DNA of 64,000 nucleotides from Bacteroidota bacterium (GCA_040386095.1 JAZKGD010000001.1:1467530-1531529), one strand, 5' to 3'; positions 27,031 to 37,403 are shown, counted from the stretch's first letter. Notes: generated by a model from the sequence alone, not told the origin. Numbers and translations: made by a program.

Positions 27031-27813
27031 ATGAATATCCTCGATAAAATTGTATCCCGAAAAAAGGAAGAAGTTGCACTGGCCAAGAAAATGGTTAGCA
27101 TCAAGCAATTGGAAGCTGCTTCAGGTTTCAATAGAACACCCTTAAGTTTTAAGGACTTTTTATTAGATGAAAAACGTACAGGGATTATATCTGAATTTAA
27201 AAGGCGTTCGCCCTCTAAAGGTTTGATTAATGGAACTGCAACTGTTGAATCTGTAACGATGGCTTATGACGCTGCGGGCGCTTCTGCTTTGTCTGTACTA
27301 ACAGATACCGACTTCTTTGGCGGCAAAGCCGATGATTTGATTGCGGCAAGGTCGGTAAACCAAATTCCGATTTTGCGGAAGGATTTTATGATCGATGAAT
27401 ATCAGATTTTAGAGGCTAAAGCCTGGGGAGCTGATTTGATCTTGTTGATTGCTTCTATCTTAACGCCCAAAGAAATTGCTGCATATGGTAAATTCGCACA
27501 AAGTTTAGGTTTAAGCGTATTGTTAGAGGTGCATAATTTGGAAGAACTTGAGCGCAGTATTTGCCCAAATTTAGATGCTATTGGTGTAAATAATAGGAAT
27601 TTGGGAGATTTTACCGTAAATATTCAAACCTCTTTCGATTTAGTTGATAAAATTCCGAACGAGTTCCTGAAAATCTCCGAGAGTGCTATCGATAATCCAG
27701 AAGTAATCAAAGAACTGAAAGCAGTAGGTTACAATGGCTTTTTAATTGGTGAGAATTTTATGAAAACGGCAGATCCTGGCCAAGCGATTAGAGATTTTGT
27801 GGGCAAGCTTTAA
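27031..27813 (+). CDS. trpC: Indole-3-glycerol phosphate synthase
   Basis: ISEFKRRSPSKG, ALSVLTD, ILRKDF, LEVH, GVNNRNL and SESAI motifs. Confidence 0.95.
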   Translation: MNILDKIVSRKKEEVALAKKMVSIKQLEAASGFNRTPLSFKDFLLDEKRTGIISEFKRRSPSKGLINGTATVESVTMAYDAAGASALSVLTDTDFFGGKADDLIAARSVNQIPILRKDFMIDEYQILEAKAWGADLILLIASILTPKEIAAYGKFAQSLGLSVLLEVHNLEELERSICPNLDAIGVNNRNLGDFTVNIQTSFDLVDKIPNEFLKISESAIDNPEVIKELKAVGYNGFLIGENFMKTADPGQAIRDFVGKL

Positions 27814-28361
27814 TTAATTCGATAGGCGGCCCCAAAGGTGAGATTTGTTTCCGCGAAAAAGCGGGTGCCAGTAATTGCACTATGCATATTTGCCTGAGGG
27901 TTTACATATAGCGAAATCTGTTTAAAAGTTTTAACTTGCAATCCTATCCCAATTCCGGCACCAATACCACTCAGAGGGTCAGGATTTCGCTTACTAAAGT
28001 CGGCGGTTAGTCCACCATTAAAGAAAACATAATCTCCAGCCTCAAAACGTAATTTAAAGGGTAAGCTAATTAGGTTTAAAACTTCACGAGTTGTGGTACT
28101 ATTAGGAGGCAAGCTTATATTTAAGTGGTCATACCGAATAAGCTGCATACCCGTTTCGAAATATAGATTTTTGCCAATCTTGTGCCAATAGTTTAGTCCA
28201 AAAATGTTTAATGATTTCTGAACGTTTGAGTAATCCCCTCCTTTGTAAAAGGAACCAATTCTCCCATTACCAAGACCATACGAAATGGCAACACTACTTC
28301 GTTCTTGTGCTTGCGAAAAAAAGGAAAACAAAAGGAGAGAGAGCATTAATAATTTCTTCAT
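27810..28361 (-). CDS. Outer-membrane beta-barrel (OmpA-like/porT-like) protein
   Basis: Signal peptide, amphipathic strands, PFKLRFE and terminal FGAAYRIN. Confidence 0.65.
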   Translation of the reverse strand: MKKLLMLSLLLFSFFSQAQERSSVAISYGLGNGRIGSFYKGGDYSNVQKSLNIFGLNYWHKIGKNLYFETGMQLIRYDHLNISLPPNSTTTREVLNLISLPFKLRFEAGDYVFFNGGLTADFSKRNPDPLSGIGAGIGIGLQVKTFKQISLYVNPQANMHSAITGTRFFAETNLTFGAAYRIN

Positions 28362-28366
28362 AAAGG

Positions 28367-28930
28367 TTAATTTTTGTGAATGCGATAAGAAATGCCGTAT
28401 GTAATATGTTGCTCTGTTAAACCAATATCAAGTGTGTGCAAATTTGTTTGCGGATAAATAAAAATGCCATACTTATTCTTGTAATAATATTGGGCCCCAA
28501 CACCTATGCCCACGCCAAGACTGGGCTTAATCCCTTTTGTGATATCAACATCTATAAATGGACCTCCGCTAATAAAGAAATACTTTAGCATGTCAAAGCG
28601 TAGTTTTAACGGTAAAACTAAGGCGGTTAGGTTTTTTTTTGAATTGGTTATTTGTGAGCCAAGAGGGCCTGCGTTCGAATAACTAAACTGATAAGTATGC
28701 CTCAAAAGCATCGCGCCCGTTTCAAAGATGCCACACTTATTTATTCCTACATTATAATTTAAACCTAAAGCATGGATGGATGATGCCTTTGTAGTTTCCG
28801 AAACGGTTCCTAGAATTGGTTTGATTTGCCCACGCCCTGTTCCGTAGCTAACAGAAATTGAATTTCTACCCCTCTGCGCCTGTGCCAAAACTGGAAATAA
28901 TAAGAATAGCGCAAGAAGTAGCTTTTTCAT
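28367..28930 (-). CDS. Outer-membrane beta-barrel protein, paralog of 27810-28361
   Basis: Shared SxSYG, FETG, LPxKLRF, GxGxG and YxxPQxNxH segments. Confidence 0.65.
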   Translation of the reverse strand: MKKLLLALFLLFPVLAQAQRGRNSISVSYGTGRGQIKPILGTVSETTKASSIHALGLNYNVGINKCGIFETGAMLLRHTYQFSYSNAGPLGSQITNSKKNLTALVLPLKLRFDMLKYFFISGGPFIDVDITKGIKPSLGVGIGVGAQYYYKNKYGIFIYPQTNLHTLDIGLTEQHITYGISYRIHKN

Positions 28931-29037
28931 AGAGAGGCGATTGGTTAGATATAACTAAAACGTTAATAGTTATTGAAACGCTACAACCTTATGTCATTCC
29001 ATCTGTTGTAAACTTCGTATATTTGTACATTAACAAT

Positions 29038-30231
29038 ATGGGAAAACAAAAAACATACGATACTGCGCTTAAACAAGAACGTGCTGTACTTGTGGGTGTA
29101 ATTACACCTGGCGAAAAGCCCGAGCAAACGAAAGAATACCTCGATGAGTTGGCTTTTTTGGTCGACACCGCTGGCGGCGCTGTAGAAAAAGTATTTACAC
29201 AAAAAATGCTTCGCCCAGATCGAGCAACTTTTGTGGGAACGGGTAAATTAGAAGAAATACAAGCGTATGTAAAGGCCGAAGAAATAGATATAGTGGTATT
29301 CGATGATGAACTTTCACCATCGCAACTGCGGAATATTGAACGTGAACTACAGGTTAAAGTTTTAGACCGAAGCAATCTAATTCTCGACATCTTTGCTGGA
29401 AGAGCACAAACTGCCCAAGCAAAAACGCAGGTAGAATTAGCACAATTACAATATTTATTGCCCCGACTAACTCGTTTATGGACGCACTTGGAACGCCAAA
29501 AAGGGGGTATTGGTATGCGTGGGCCAGGTGAAACGCAAATTGAAAGTGATAGAAGGATGATTTTAGAGAAAATCTCTTTGCTAAAAGAACGTCTAAAATT
29601 AATCGACCGTCAAAACGAAACACAGCGCAAAAATCGCGCGCAATTAATTCGTGTCGCTTTAGTAGGGTATACCAATGTGGGCAAATCGACCATTATGAAT
29701 ATGCTTTCTAAATCGGACGTGTTTGCCGAAAATAAACTTTTTGCAACCTTAGATACAACGGTTCGTAAAGTAGTGATTGAAAATCTGCCGTTCTTGCTAT
29801 CAGACACGGTTGGTTTTATCCGTAAACTTCCTCACCATTTGGTAGAATGTTTTAAGTCTACACTAGACGAAGTTCGGGAAGCGGATATTTTAATTCATGT
29901 AGTCGATGTTTCTCACCCAAATTTCGAAGACCAAATTCATACGGTAAACGAAACCTTAAATGATTTGGGCGCAAGAGATAAAGATACCATCATGATTTTT
30001 AACAAAATTGACGCATATGTAACACCGGAAGCTGATGAGTATAACGAAGAAGAAATTGCACCTTTAACCTTGGCCGATTTTAAGAAAAGCTGGATGGCAC
30101 ATCATAATGCTCCTGCAATTTTTATATCCGCCACGCGAAAAGAAAATATAGATGAGTTTAAGCAATTACTATACGATAAAGTTAAAGATATTCATACTAA
30201 AAGATATCCTTACGATAAGTTGTTATATTAG
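29038..30231 (+). CDS. hflX: GTPase HflX
   Basis: GPGETQIE, VGYTNVGKS, FATLDTT, DTVGFI and NKID motifs. TATATTTG promoter element at 29018-29025. Confidence 0.96.
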   Translation: MGKQKTYDTALKQERAVLVGVITPGEKPEQTKEYLDELAFLVDTAGGAVEKVFTQKMLRPDRATFVGTGKLEEIQAYVKAEEIDIVVFDDELSPSQLRNIERELQVKVLDRSNLILDIFAGRAQTAQAKTQVELAQLQYLLPRLTRLWTHLERQKGGIGMRGPGETQIESDRRMILEKISLLKERLKLIDRQNETQRKNRAQLIRVALVGYTNVGKSTIMNMLSKSDVFAENKLFATLDTTVRKVVIENLPFLLSDTVGFIRKLPHHLVECFKSTLDEVREADILIHVVDVSHPNFEDQIHTVNETLNDLGARDKDTIMIFNKIDAYVTPEADEYNEEEIAPLTLADFKKSWMAHHNAPAIFISATRKENIDEFKQLLYDKVKDIHTKRYPYDKLLY

Positions 30232-30239
30232 TTAATAGA

Positions 30240-31349
30240 ATGAAAAGACTTTTTGTATTTAGCCTATTGTACGTTCTTTTTTTTGAAGCAAATGCTCAAA
30301 TTGTAAGTTTAAGTGACGCCGAATTAAGCAAGTTAAAAACACTCATCAATACAGAAGTTGATGTGAAAAATCATTGGAAAGAGGTATTGAAAACGGCAGA
30401 TGAAGCATTATTAGCCACGCCAAATCCTGCGGATACCATTTTATCGGAAGGGATTTTACAAGGTGATCCTCGAAAAACAAAAACAAGGAAATCGCTAGCA
30501 GACATGCAAAAAGTTTATGCACTGGGCCTTGCTTATAAAGTTAATGGGCAACAAAAATACTTAGACAAAGCGAGCGAATTTTTATTGGCTTGGGCAATGC
30601 GTAATCAGCCGCAGGGCAACCCTATTAATGATACCAATTTAGACCAAATTATTTTTACGTATGATTTGCTGAAGACGAACTTAAAACCAACTGTTGTGAT
30701 AGCGGTTAAATTGTGGTTAAACGAAGTGATTAAGCAAGAAATGAAAACGTTAAATAAAGCACTTGCAAAGAAGGATAGTACTAAAGCATATAACAATTGG
30801 AATTCGCATCGTATTAAGGTAATCACACAAATTGTATCTGCATTGGATGATAAAGAGTTAATAAATGCTGTTACTCAGTTATATTTAATGCAAATTTCAA
30901 AAAATTTAAAGAGCGACGGGAGTAGTTTCGATTTTCATGAGCGAGATGCCCTACACTATCATGTATATGATGTAGACCCCTTATTGGTTGCCGCCACAAT
31001 TTTAACTAGAGATCCGAACATTAAGGGCGATTTTTATACCTATACCTCAAAAGATGGTAACACTTTGAAGAAGTCAGTAGAGTGGCTTTTACCTTATTTT
31101 ACTGGAGTAAAAACACATGCTGAATTTGTGAATTCGGGAGTGGCTTTTGATAAAAAGCGTGCACAAAATGGCGAAAAGGGTTATATTGCAGGAACATTAT
31201 TTAACCCTTCGGAAGCAAGAACAAGTATTGCTTTGGCTGGCTATTTTGATTCTGGGATGCTAACCATTTATCAGCAACAAACAAAAACGAATTCAAAATA
31301 TCCAAATTGGCAATTCGTTTTAAATAAAGTGAAGAATATAAATCGGTGA
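30240..31349 (+). CDS. Alginate lyase family protein (alpha/alpha toroid)
   Basis: Signal peptide plus YNNWNSH, DFHERDALHYH and LLPY motifs. The substrate cannot be determined from sequence. Confidence 0.7.
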   Translation: MKRLFVFSLLYVLFFEANAQIVSLSDAELSKLKTLINTEVDVKNHWKEVLKTADEALLATPNPADTILSEGILQGDPRKTKTRKSLADMQKVYALGLAYKVNGQQKYLDKASEFLLAWAMRNQPQGNPINDTNLDQIIFTYDLLKTNLKPTVVIAVKLWLNEVIKQEMKTLNKALAKKDSTKAYNNWNSHRIKVITQIVSALDDKELINAVTQLYLMQISKNLKSDGSSFDFHERDALHYHVYDVDPLLVAATILTRDPNIKGDFYTYTSKDGNTLKKSVEWLLPYFTGVKTHAEFVNSGVAFDKKRAQNGEKGYIAGTLFNPSEARTSIALAGYFDSGMLTIYQQQTKTNSKYPNWQFVLNKVKNINR

Positions 31350-31368
31350 AATCAACTAAATAAAGATT

Positions 31369-31755
31369 ATGGAAAGTAAGAGACAACAGAAATTTGCAGG
31401 ATTATTACAGGAAGAGCTTGCTGCTATTTTTCAGCGCGAAGGAGCCGCATATTTGCCAAACACCCTGGTTACCATTACAAAAGTTAGGGTTTCGCCAGAT
31501 TTAGCTGTGGCAAAAGTATACCTAAGTTTTTTAAATACAAATAACACGAGTTTATCAGTTGCAACTGTAAATTCGCATGCTAGCGAAATCAGATATAAAC
31601 TTGGTTCTCGCATTCGTCATCAAGCAAGGGTTATTCCCACACTTTCATTTTTTGTTGATGATACGAATGAATATGTGGAGCACATGGATAAAATTTTTAA
31701 TAAAATAGCGAGCGAACGTAAAGAGAGCGACGAAGAAACGGATGAACAACAATAG
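31369..31755 (+). CDS. rbfA: 30S ribosome-binding factor A
   Basis: RQQKFAGLLQEELA, TITKVRVSPDLAVAKVYLS and IPTLSFFVD motifs. Confidence 0.93.
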   Translation: MESKRQQKFAGLLQEELAAIFQREGAAYLPNTLVTITKVRVSPDLAVAKVYLSFLNTNNTSLSVATVNSHASEIRYKLGSRIRHQARVIPTLSFFVDDTNEYVEHMDKIFNKIASERKESDEETDEQQ

Positions 31756-32416
31756 ATATATTCGCGAACCTGGAAATTTTTTTACTCATGTTATTCCCGC
31801 GCTTTTAGCTATACCCGGGCTTTACTTTTTGTTACTTAAAACTTCCAATTCCTTTGAAATTACCGCCGCCTTAATTTATGGTGTCGCTTTTTTTATTCTT
31901 TTTGCTGTAAGCTCTATTTACCATAGCATACCGCGAACACCTTATGGTATACGTTTTTGGCAAAAATTTGATCACTGTTGCATCTATTTGATGATTGCGG
32001 GGTCATTTACACCTACTGCCTTATTGGTGTTTGAGGGTAGTTTGCGATGGGTTATTTTTGGAATGGTATGGCTAGTGGCGTTAATTGGCTGTTTGCTTAA
32101 AATCTTTAATCGATTAAAAAGTGGGGCCATTTCTACAGGATTGTACATTGCCATGGGTTGCTTAGTGATCCCTTTTATAAAAAAAATGCTCGAAACCTTG
32201 CCAATGAGCGCAATTGCTTGGTTAATTTTAGGAGGCATATTTTATGTTGGTGGAACCTATTATTATGCGAAGGATAAACCAATGAATCGATTTTTCCATA
32301 GTCATGAGCTATGGCATGTATTTGTAAACTTTGGTGCACTTTCGCATTTTGTTTACAATTATGTTTATGTGTTTGGCTTGGAGCAAGGTGCTAAGAGCAT
32401 GGGGCTCGGAGTGTAA
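31742..32416 (+). CDS. Hemolysin III / PAQR family membrane protein
   Basis: EPGNFFTH, SSIYH, DHCCIYLMIAGSFTP and HELWHVFV motifs. Confidence 0.9.
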   Translation: MNNNRYIREPGNFFTHVIPALLAIPGLYFLLLKTSNSFEITAALIYGVAFFILFAVSSIYHSIPRTPYGIRFWQKFDHCCIYLMIAGSFTPTALLVFEGSLRWVIFGMVWLVALIGCLLKIFNRLKSGAISTGLYIAMGCLVIPFIKKMLETLPMSAIAWLILGGIFYVGGTYYYAKDKPMNRFFHSHELWHVFVNFGALSHFVYNYVYVFGLEQGAKSMGLGV

Positions 32417-32429
32417 ATTATCACATTTT

Positions 32430-33119
32430 ATGATAGAACCCTTACAGAAATTTTTAGCCAATCCGCTTCATACTATCGGAAAGGTAGTAGATTTTGATCC
32501 AGTCACAGACTCCCTATTGCCCTTAGATTTCACCGCTGCAAACACAGCGCTAACCACAGAGATTTTAAACAATACCGACGTGTTTTCGCATTGGGTGGAT
32601 AACAAATTACAACAACACGGGGCAAAATATGGTATTGGCGGCTATAATGAACACCGTACTATCTATAGCCGAAGTGAACATTTTGATGCCACTGAAGAAC
32701 CCAGAAGATTGCATTTAGGAACAGATATTTGGGGTAAGGCAGGAACGCCTATTTACAATTTTTACGATGCTAATGTGCATAGCTTTAAGTTTAACGATAA
32801 CTTTGGTGACTACGGAGCTACCATAATTCTTCAATATCAATTGGATGATTTTGAAATATTTGGCTTATATGGACATTTAAATTTAGCCTCCCTTAAAGGG
32901 TTAACCGAAGGGCAATTTATCCCTAAGGGGAAACAATTTGCATGCTTTGGCGTTAAAGAAGAGAATGGGAATTGGCCACCTCATTTGCACTTTCAGCTGA
33001 TGTTTGATATGCAAGGCTTAAAAGGAGATTACCCAGGAGTTTGCCAATTTTCTAAGCGAGAAATTTACTTGCAGAATTGCCCAGACCCAGCACTTATTTT
33101 AGCATCCACTTTTGGGTAG
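32430..33119 (+). CDS. M23 family peptidase
   Basis: LHLGTDIW, LYGHL and WPPHLHFQ motifs. ATG at 32430. Confidence 0.85.
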   Translation: MIEPLQKFLANPLHTIGKVVDFDPVTDSLLPLDFTAANTALTTEILNNTDVFSHWVDNKLQQHGAKYGIGGYNEHRTIYSRSEHFDATEEPRRLHLGTDIWGKAGTPIYNFYDANVHSFKFNDNFGDYGATIILQYQLDDFEIFGLYGHLNLASLKGLTEGQFIPKGKQFACFGVKEENGNWPPHLHFQLMFDMQGLKGDYPGVCQFSKREIYLQNCPDPALILASTFG

Positions 33120-33216
33120 AAATTAACCGGCCATGATTAAAATAATCATGGTAAGCTCAATCTGACTACTAAAAACAAAATTATAGACAGATTAAAATAA
33201 ATGTGTAAATTTAAGG

Positions 33217-33870
33217 ATGATGAACATCATAGCTATAACCTTGCTTCTCTTTTCTATGGGCCTCAACGCTCAAGAACCTCAATTAGAAGGAGGATTGCCA
33301 GCATTTTTAAAAAGCAATACCATTTATCCAGCCTATTCTATGCAAAACTGTATTCAGGGAACAATTGATGTTGGTTTTAAATTAAATGCAAAAGGTGAAG
33401 TATACTATGCTACCGTTACAAGAGGCATCGGAACAGATCTTGATGATGAGGCGCTTCGGTTAATTAAATTAAGCAGTGGGAAATGGAATGTGCCATTAAA
33501 CCACGATACATTAGCCCTAGTGCTTATTCCGATGAATTTTACCTTAAAAGATTATGGCTGTGAAGGGAAAGATAAAAATGCAATTGCGATGGCAATTAGA
33601 GCGTATAAGGCAGAAACTGAATTAATAAGCCTTATCCAAAATTTTTATCGGAATAAAGAAAAAGGGGAGTTTAATGCAGAAGACGAACCAAAAATCTTAA
33701 AACTTAAGGCAGAACTAGAAATCGACGATGAATATTTAGAAGACAAAATAACCACAGGTCAAAAAAAATTAAAACAGGGCGATAAACGAGGTGCCTGTGA
33801 TGATTTTAATTTTGTAAAATATATGGGTTCGGATAAAGCAAATGCTTTACTTTCTAAATACTGTAACTAA
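33217..33870 (+). CDS. TonB C-terminal domain (energy transducer TonB family) protein
   Basis: YPAYSMQNCIQGTIDVGF...GIGTDLDDEALRLI. Confidence 0.75.
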   Translation: MMNIIAITLLLFSMGLNAQEPQLEGGLPAFLKSNTIYPAYSMQNCIQGTIDVGFKLNAKGEVYYATVTRGIGTDLDDEALRLIKLSSGKWNVPLNHDTLALVLIPMNFTLKDYGCEGKDKNAIAMAIRAYKAETELISLIQNFYRNKEKGEFNAEDEPKILKLKAELEIDDEYLEDKITTGQKKLKQGDKRGACDDFNFVKYMGSDKANALLSKYCN

Positions 33871-33872
33871 CT

Positions 33873-34268
33873 ATGCGATTAACTCTCCGTTCTTTTGCTC
33901 TTCTCGATGCATTATCACTTCTTTTTATGGGAATGCAGGTATGGGAAATTGCAACACATTATAACGAACTCTCAAGCCAACTTTCTGAAAAAGTACAAGC
34001 AATATTAATGTTTCCAATGTTTTTATTGGTGATAATAGGCGCGATTGGATTGTTTTTAGTGAAGAAATTTGGACTTATACTTTACTATATTCAATTCCCC
34101 TTTCGCCTTTACTTATGGGTTTTTTCTGTAGGTTTTATCACCCTATTGCCAGAAGCTTTTAGTGTTTACGAAGATAAATGGTTTGGTATTCTACTAAAGG
34201 TCTGTTACATGGTTGAATTTATTCGATTATACTTAACGATAAGAATACATTTTAAATACTTTAAGTAA
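33873..34268 (+). CDS. Hypothetical membrane protein
   Basis: 131 aa with 4 hydrophobic segments, operonic with the upstream gene. Confidence 0.65.
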   Translation: MRLTLRSFALLDALSLLFMGMQVWEIATHYNELSSQLSEKVQAILMFPMFLLVIIGAIGLFLVKKFGLILYYIQFPFRLYLWVFSVGFITLLPEAFSVYEDKWFGILLKVCYMVEFIRLYLTIRIHFKYFK

Positions 34269-35130
34269 TAATGGTTAGGGCTTTTGGTATAATTTCGGCA
34301 GAAATGGTATCAACCTTTCCTAAATACTCGCCATCAACTTGAAAATGTACTTTGTGCTTGGTGTTAATTTTTAATTCAGAGACCTGATAACTTTCTATTT
34401 TTTTGGGATTCCAGGGGAGCTTGCTAATCCAAATCTTTGCAATTTCTAGCACTGAATATTCTTTTACAATAATCACCTCAAATAAATTGTCGTCGAGCTT
34501 CCCATTTGGGTTAATTTGTAAACCAGTTCCATATTGTGTAGCATTTGCAAGCGCCACCATAGCAGCTTTTTCTTTTACCAATTTACCATCAATCTTAAAG
34601 CTGACCTCCATTTTTTTGTGGTTCCAAAAGGCGTGCCATGCTGCTTTGGCATAGGTTCGCATGCCCCTCTCGGGTAATTCATCGAATTTTTTCACCAGGT
34701 ATGCATTAAAACCAATGTCTGATAAATGGATACATAATTCATTATTTATAAGGATGGCATGTATTTTCTTGAGCTTTCCTGCGGTAGTTAAGGCAATAGC
34801 CTTATGCAATTCTAGTGGGATCCCTAATTCTTTCGCCATGCCATTTGCCGATCCTGCGGGAATAATTCCTATTGGCGTTTCAGTTTTCAATAAACACTCT
34901 GCAACTAATTTTAAAGTCCCATCGCCTCCTACAGCTACTACTCGATCTGCATTTGCTTTTTTGATAGCAGTTTTTAATTTTTCAAGACTACATTTCGTAG
35001 GTAGTTCGTAAATTTCAACTTCCTCAGTTCTTTTTTCAAAGAATGTATTAATTTCTTTAGTATAGTTTACAGCCCCATTACCCGAACGGGGATTAACGAC
35101 GAAGAGCAGTTTTTGCGGCTTAGATTTCAC
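34261..35130 (-). CDS. Diacylglycerol kinase family lipid kinase (YegS/DagK-like)
   Basis: NPRSG, VGGDGT, IPAGSANG, NATQYG and QVDGE motifs. Confidence 0.9.
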   Translation of the reverse strand: MKSKPQKLLFVVNPRSGNGAVNYTKEINTFFEKRTEEVEIYELPTKCSLEKLKTAIKKANADRVVAVGGDGTLKLVAECLLKTETPIGIIPAGSANGMAKELGIPLELHKAIALTTAGKLKKIHAILINNELCIHLSDIGFNAYLVKKFDELPERGMRTYAKAAWHAFWNHKKMEVSFKIDGKLVKEKAAMVALANATQYGTGLQINPNGKLDDNLFEVIIVKEYSVLEIAKIWISKLPWNPKKIESYQVSELKINTKHKVHFQVDGEYLGKVDTISAEIIPKALTIIT

Positions 35131-35171
35131 AACTTACAAACAACTCATCCTTAAATCTGTTTTATTTTAAT

Positions 35172-36146
35172 ATGGGTAATGTAAGCGTAAAAGTGTATCA
35201 TGGTTATGGTCATACCCATAATTTAGTTTTGTATGGTCATGTTTTTAAATTTAAAGCAAAAACGACCCAAATCTTTAGCACTAACCTCTTTGTAAATATT
35301 GTTCATCTATTTAAGCTATTTATTGTAAAGCCGTCTCCATTTACAAGAGTTCGCCTTCATTTTTACGCTCAAGTTATTGAGCAAAAAACTGAATATGATG
35401 GTTTTTTTAAATTTGAATGGAAAGCATTAGAAGAGGCTAAAGCGGGTTGGCACGATGTAAAAGTAGAAGCATTAAATAGTAAAAATAGCGTAACTGCCAC
35501 CGCAGAAGGCAAGATTTACGTGCCTCATATTACACAATACGCATTTATTTCTGATATCGACGATACCATTATGATCTCTCATTCAGCTAAGATGGCGAAA
35601 AGGTTAAGGGAACTTTTCATTAAAAATCCCAGAACCCGAAAAACATTTGGGTCGGTAAAAAACCACTACCAATTACTTGCCAATGCACATACACAAATAG
35701 ATCAACCCAATCCCTTTTTTTATGTATCGAGTAGCGAGTGGAACTTATACGATTATTTAGTAGAGATGTTTAGGTATAATGAATTGCCAGAAGGAACGTT
35801 CTTATTAAATCAGTTAAAACGATGGAAAAATTTAATTAAAACTGGCAAAACCGGGCATGAAGGCAAATTATTACGGGTAATGCGGATTATTGATGCATTT
35901 CCCAATCAGAAATTTGTTTTTTTTGGAGATAATTCGCAACAAGATCCAGCAATTTATAGAGCTATTGCCGAAAAATATAGTCGAAATATAACAGCTGTTT
36001 ACATTAGAAATGTAAGGCCAAAAAAGCAAGAATTAACCAAAAGGCTATTAGCTCAAATTGAGCAAAAGGGAATCGAAACCTGCTTATTTACACATAGCGA
36101 TGAAGCAATTGCACACTCAAAAAAAATTAAATTAATTGTTAGGTAA
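35172..36146 (+). CDS. App1 family phosphatidate phosphatase-like (DUF2183) protein
   Basis: ISDIDDT, YVSSSEWNLY, GDNSQQDP and VYIR motifs. Confidence 0.85.
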   Translation: MGNVSVKVYHGYGHTHNLVLYGHVFKFKAKTTQIFSTNLFVNIVHLFKLFIVKPSPFTRVRLHFYAQVIEQKTEYDGFFKFEWKALEEAKAGWHDVKVEALNSKNSVTATAEGKIYVPHITQYAFISDIDDTIMISHSAKMAKRLRELFIKNPRTRKTFGSVKNHYQLLANAHTQIDQPNPFFYVSSSEWNLYDYLVEMFRYNELPEGTFLLNQLKRWKNLIKTGKTGHEGKLLRVMRIIDAFPNQKFVFFGDNSQQDPAIYRAIAEKYSRNITAVYIRNVRPKKQELTKRLLAQIEQKGIETCLFTHSDEAIAHSKKIKLIVR

Positions 36147-36178
36147 TTTTTATATTTATACAACCTAAATTTTTACAT

Positions 36179-36580
36179 ATGAAAAACATTTTACTTGCAT
36201 TGATGCTTATTACTGGAATAAGCTCGTGTACCAAAGACCTCGATATGGCCGTTAAAACCAATTCAAAATGGGTGTTAACCGAATGGCCAGGTAAAACAAT
36301 TCCGGCAAATGCCCAGGCAACATTGAATATAAATGATGGCAATAAAATTGGTGGTAAGTCTTTCTGTAATACCTATGGGGGTAATGCAAAATTTAATGGA
36401 AATGCCTTACAGTTTAGCCAAATTTTTGGCACAAAAATGTATTGTACTGAGGTGGCCGATGCTGAAGTTAAATTTACAGCAGATTTGGAAACTGTAAACT
36501 CGGGAAAGGTAGATGGCGGTAAATTATCCTTAATGAAGGATGGGGTAGTGGTAATGGTGTTTAGTAAAGTTAGCCAATAG
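36179..36580 (+). CDS. META domain lipoprotein
   Basis: Lipobox ISSC, GKSFCNTYGG and TKMYC. Confidence 0.85.
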   Translation: MKNILLALMLITGISSCTKDLDMAVKTNSKWVLTEWPGKTIPANAQATLNINDGNKIGGKSFCNTYGGNAKFNGNALQFSQIFGTKMYCTEVADAEVKFTADLETVNSGKVDGGKLSLMKDGVVVMVFSKVSQ

Positions 36581-36938
36581 ATTTTCCAAAGGGCGAAAAA
36601 GCAAGATTCATCAGCTTAAAATGCTGCAATCCGAATGGAATTCCGACGATTGTAATGCAAAAAAATAGCCCGAACAAAAGATGAGTTAAGACAATCCAAA
36701 ATCCACCAAACACTAGCCAGATAATATTCATAATGGTCGATAAACAGCCAATATTTGATGATGTATCGGTTATTTTAACTCCAAATGGGGCTAAACCGAC
36801 AATAGCAAATTTAAAACATTGAATTCCAAAAGGGATACCAACAATGGTTAGGCACAAGACTAATCCGCCAAAAATATATTGGAAGAAGATAAAAATTCCT
36901 CCGAAAACTATCCAGATAATATTGCCTATAAAACTCAT
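36570..36938 (-). CDS. YccF domain membrane protein
   Basis: Two repeats of GNIIWxVFGG...TIVGIPFG.Q.FK...LAPFG. Confidence 0.9.
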   Translation of the reverse strand: MSFIGNIIWIVFGGIFIFFQYIFGGLVLCLTIVGIPFGIQCFKFAIVGLAPFGVKITDTSSNIGCLSTIMNIIWLVFGGFWIVLTHLLFGLFFCITIVGIPFGLQHFKLMNLAFSPFGKSIG

Positions 36939-37047
36939 GCTGATCTTTAATTTAAGAGTTGAACTTGAGAGAATTGTTACATAAAAAGGCTAAGATCTGA
37001 GGACGATTTTTTGTAATTTGCAGTACACACAAATAAAATTAAATAAG

Positions 37048-37395
37048 ATGAAACGATTAATTCTATCGCTGGCAATCGCTAGCGGCTTTGTCTTTTCTAA
37101 GGTTAAGGCACAAACTGTTAATGATGTGAAACTATCTGATCTTAAGGAAGAGTATTTAGAAGTTACGGGAGGGAATGGTATTAATGAGGTCCTTATTTAT
37201 TTAGAGTACGGGCAAAAACCAACTTTTAGTAAACGCCTTGTAAAGGATGATAATGGAAAAGGTTTGGCATATAGTTCTGTTATTGAATTTATTAATAAAA
37301 TGAAAACTCATGGTTATGAATTATTTCAGGTATATGCATTAATGGAGGGGGGGAGTACAGCTCCAAAATATATTCTTAAACGGAAATCCAAATAA
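37048..37395 (+). CDS. Exported hypothetical protein, tandem paralog A
   Basis: Signal peptide; 35 of the first 39 aa are identical to the next gene. Confidence 0.7.
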   Translation: MKRLILSLAIASGFVFSKVKAQTVNDVKLSDLKEEYLEVTGGNGINEVLIYLEYGQKPTFSKRLVKDDNGKGLAYSSVIEFINKMKTHGYELFQVYALMEGGSTAPKYILKRKSK

Positions 37396-37403
37396 AATTA
37401 AAT

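Noticed and set aside
28989-29390. 133-aa minus-strand ORF and other antisense ORFs in the track (e.g. 14989, 16898, 43075, 44165, 58557)
   Set aside because: They lie fully opposite well-supported genes and have no motifs; they are shadow ORFs.
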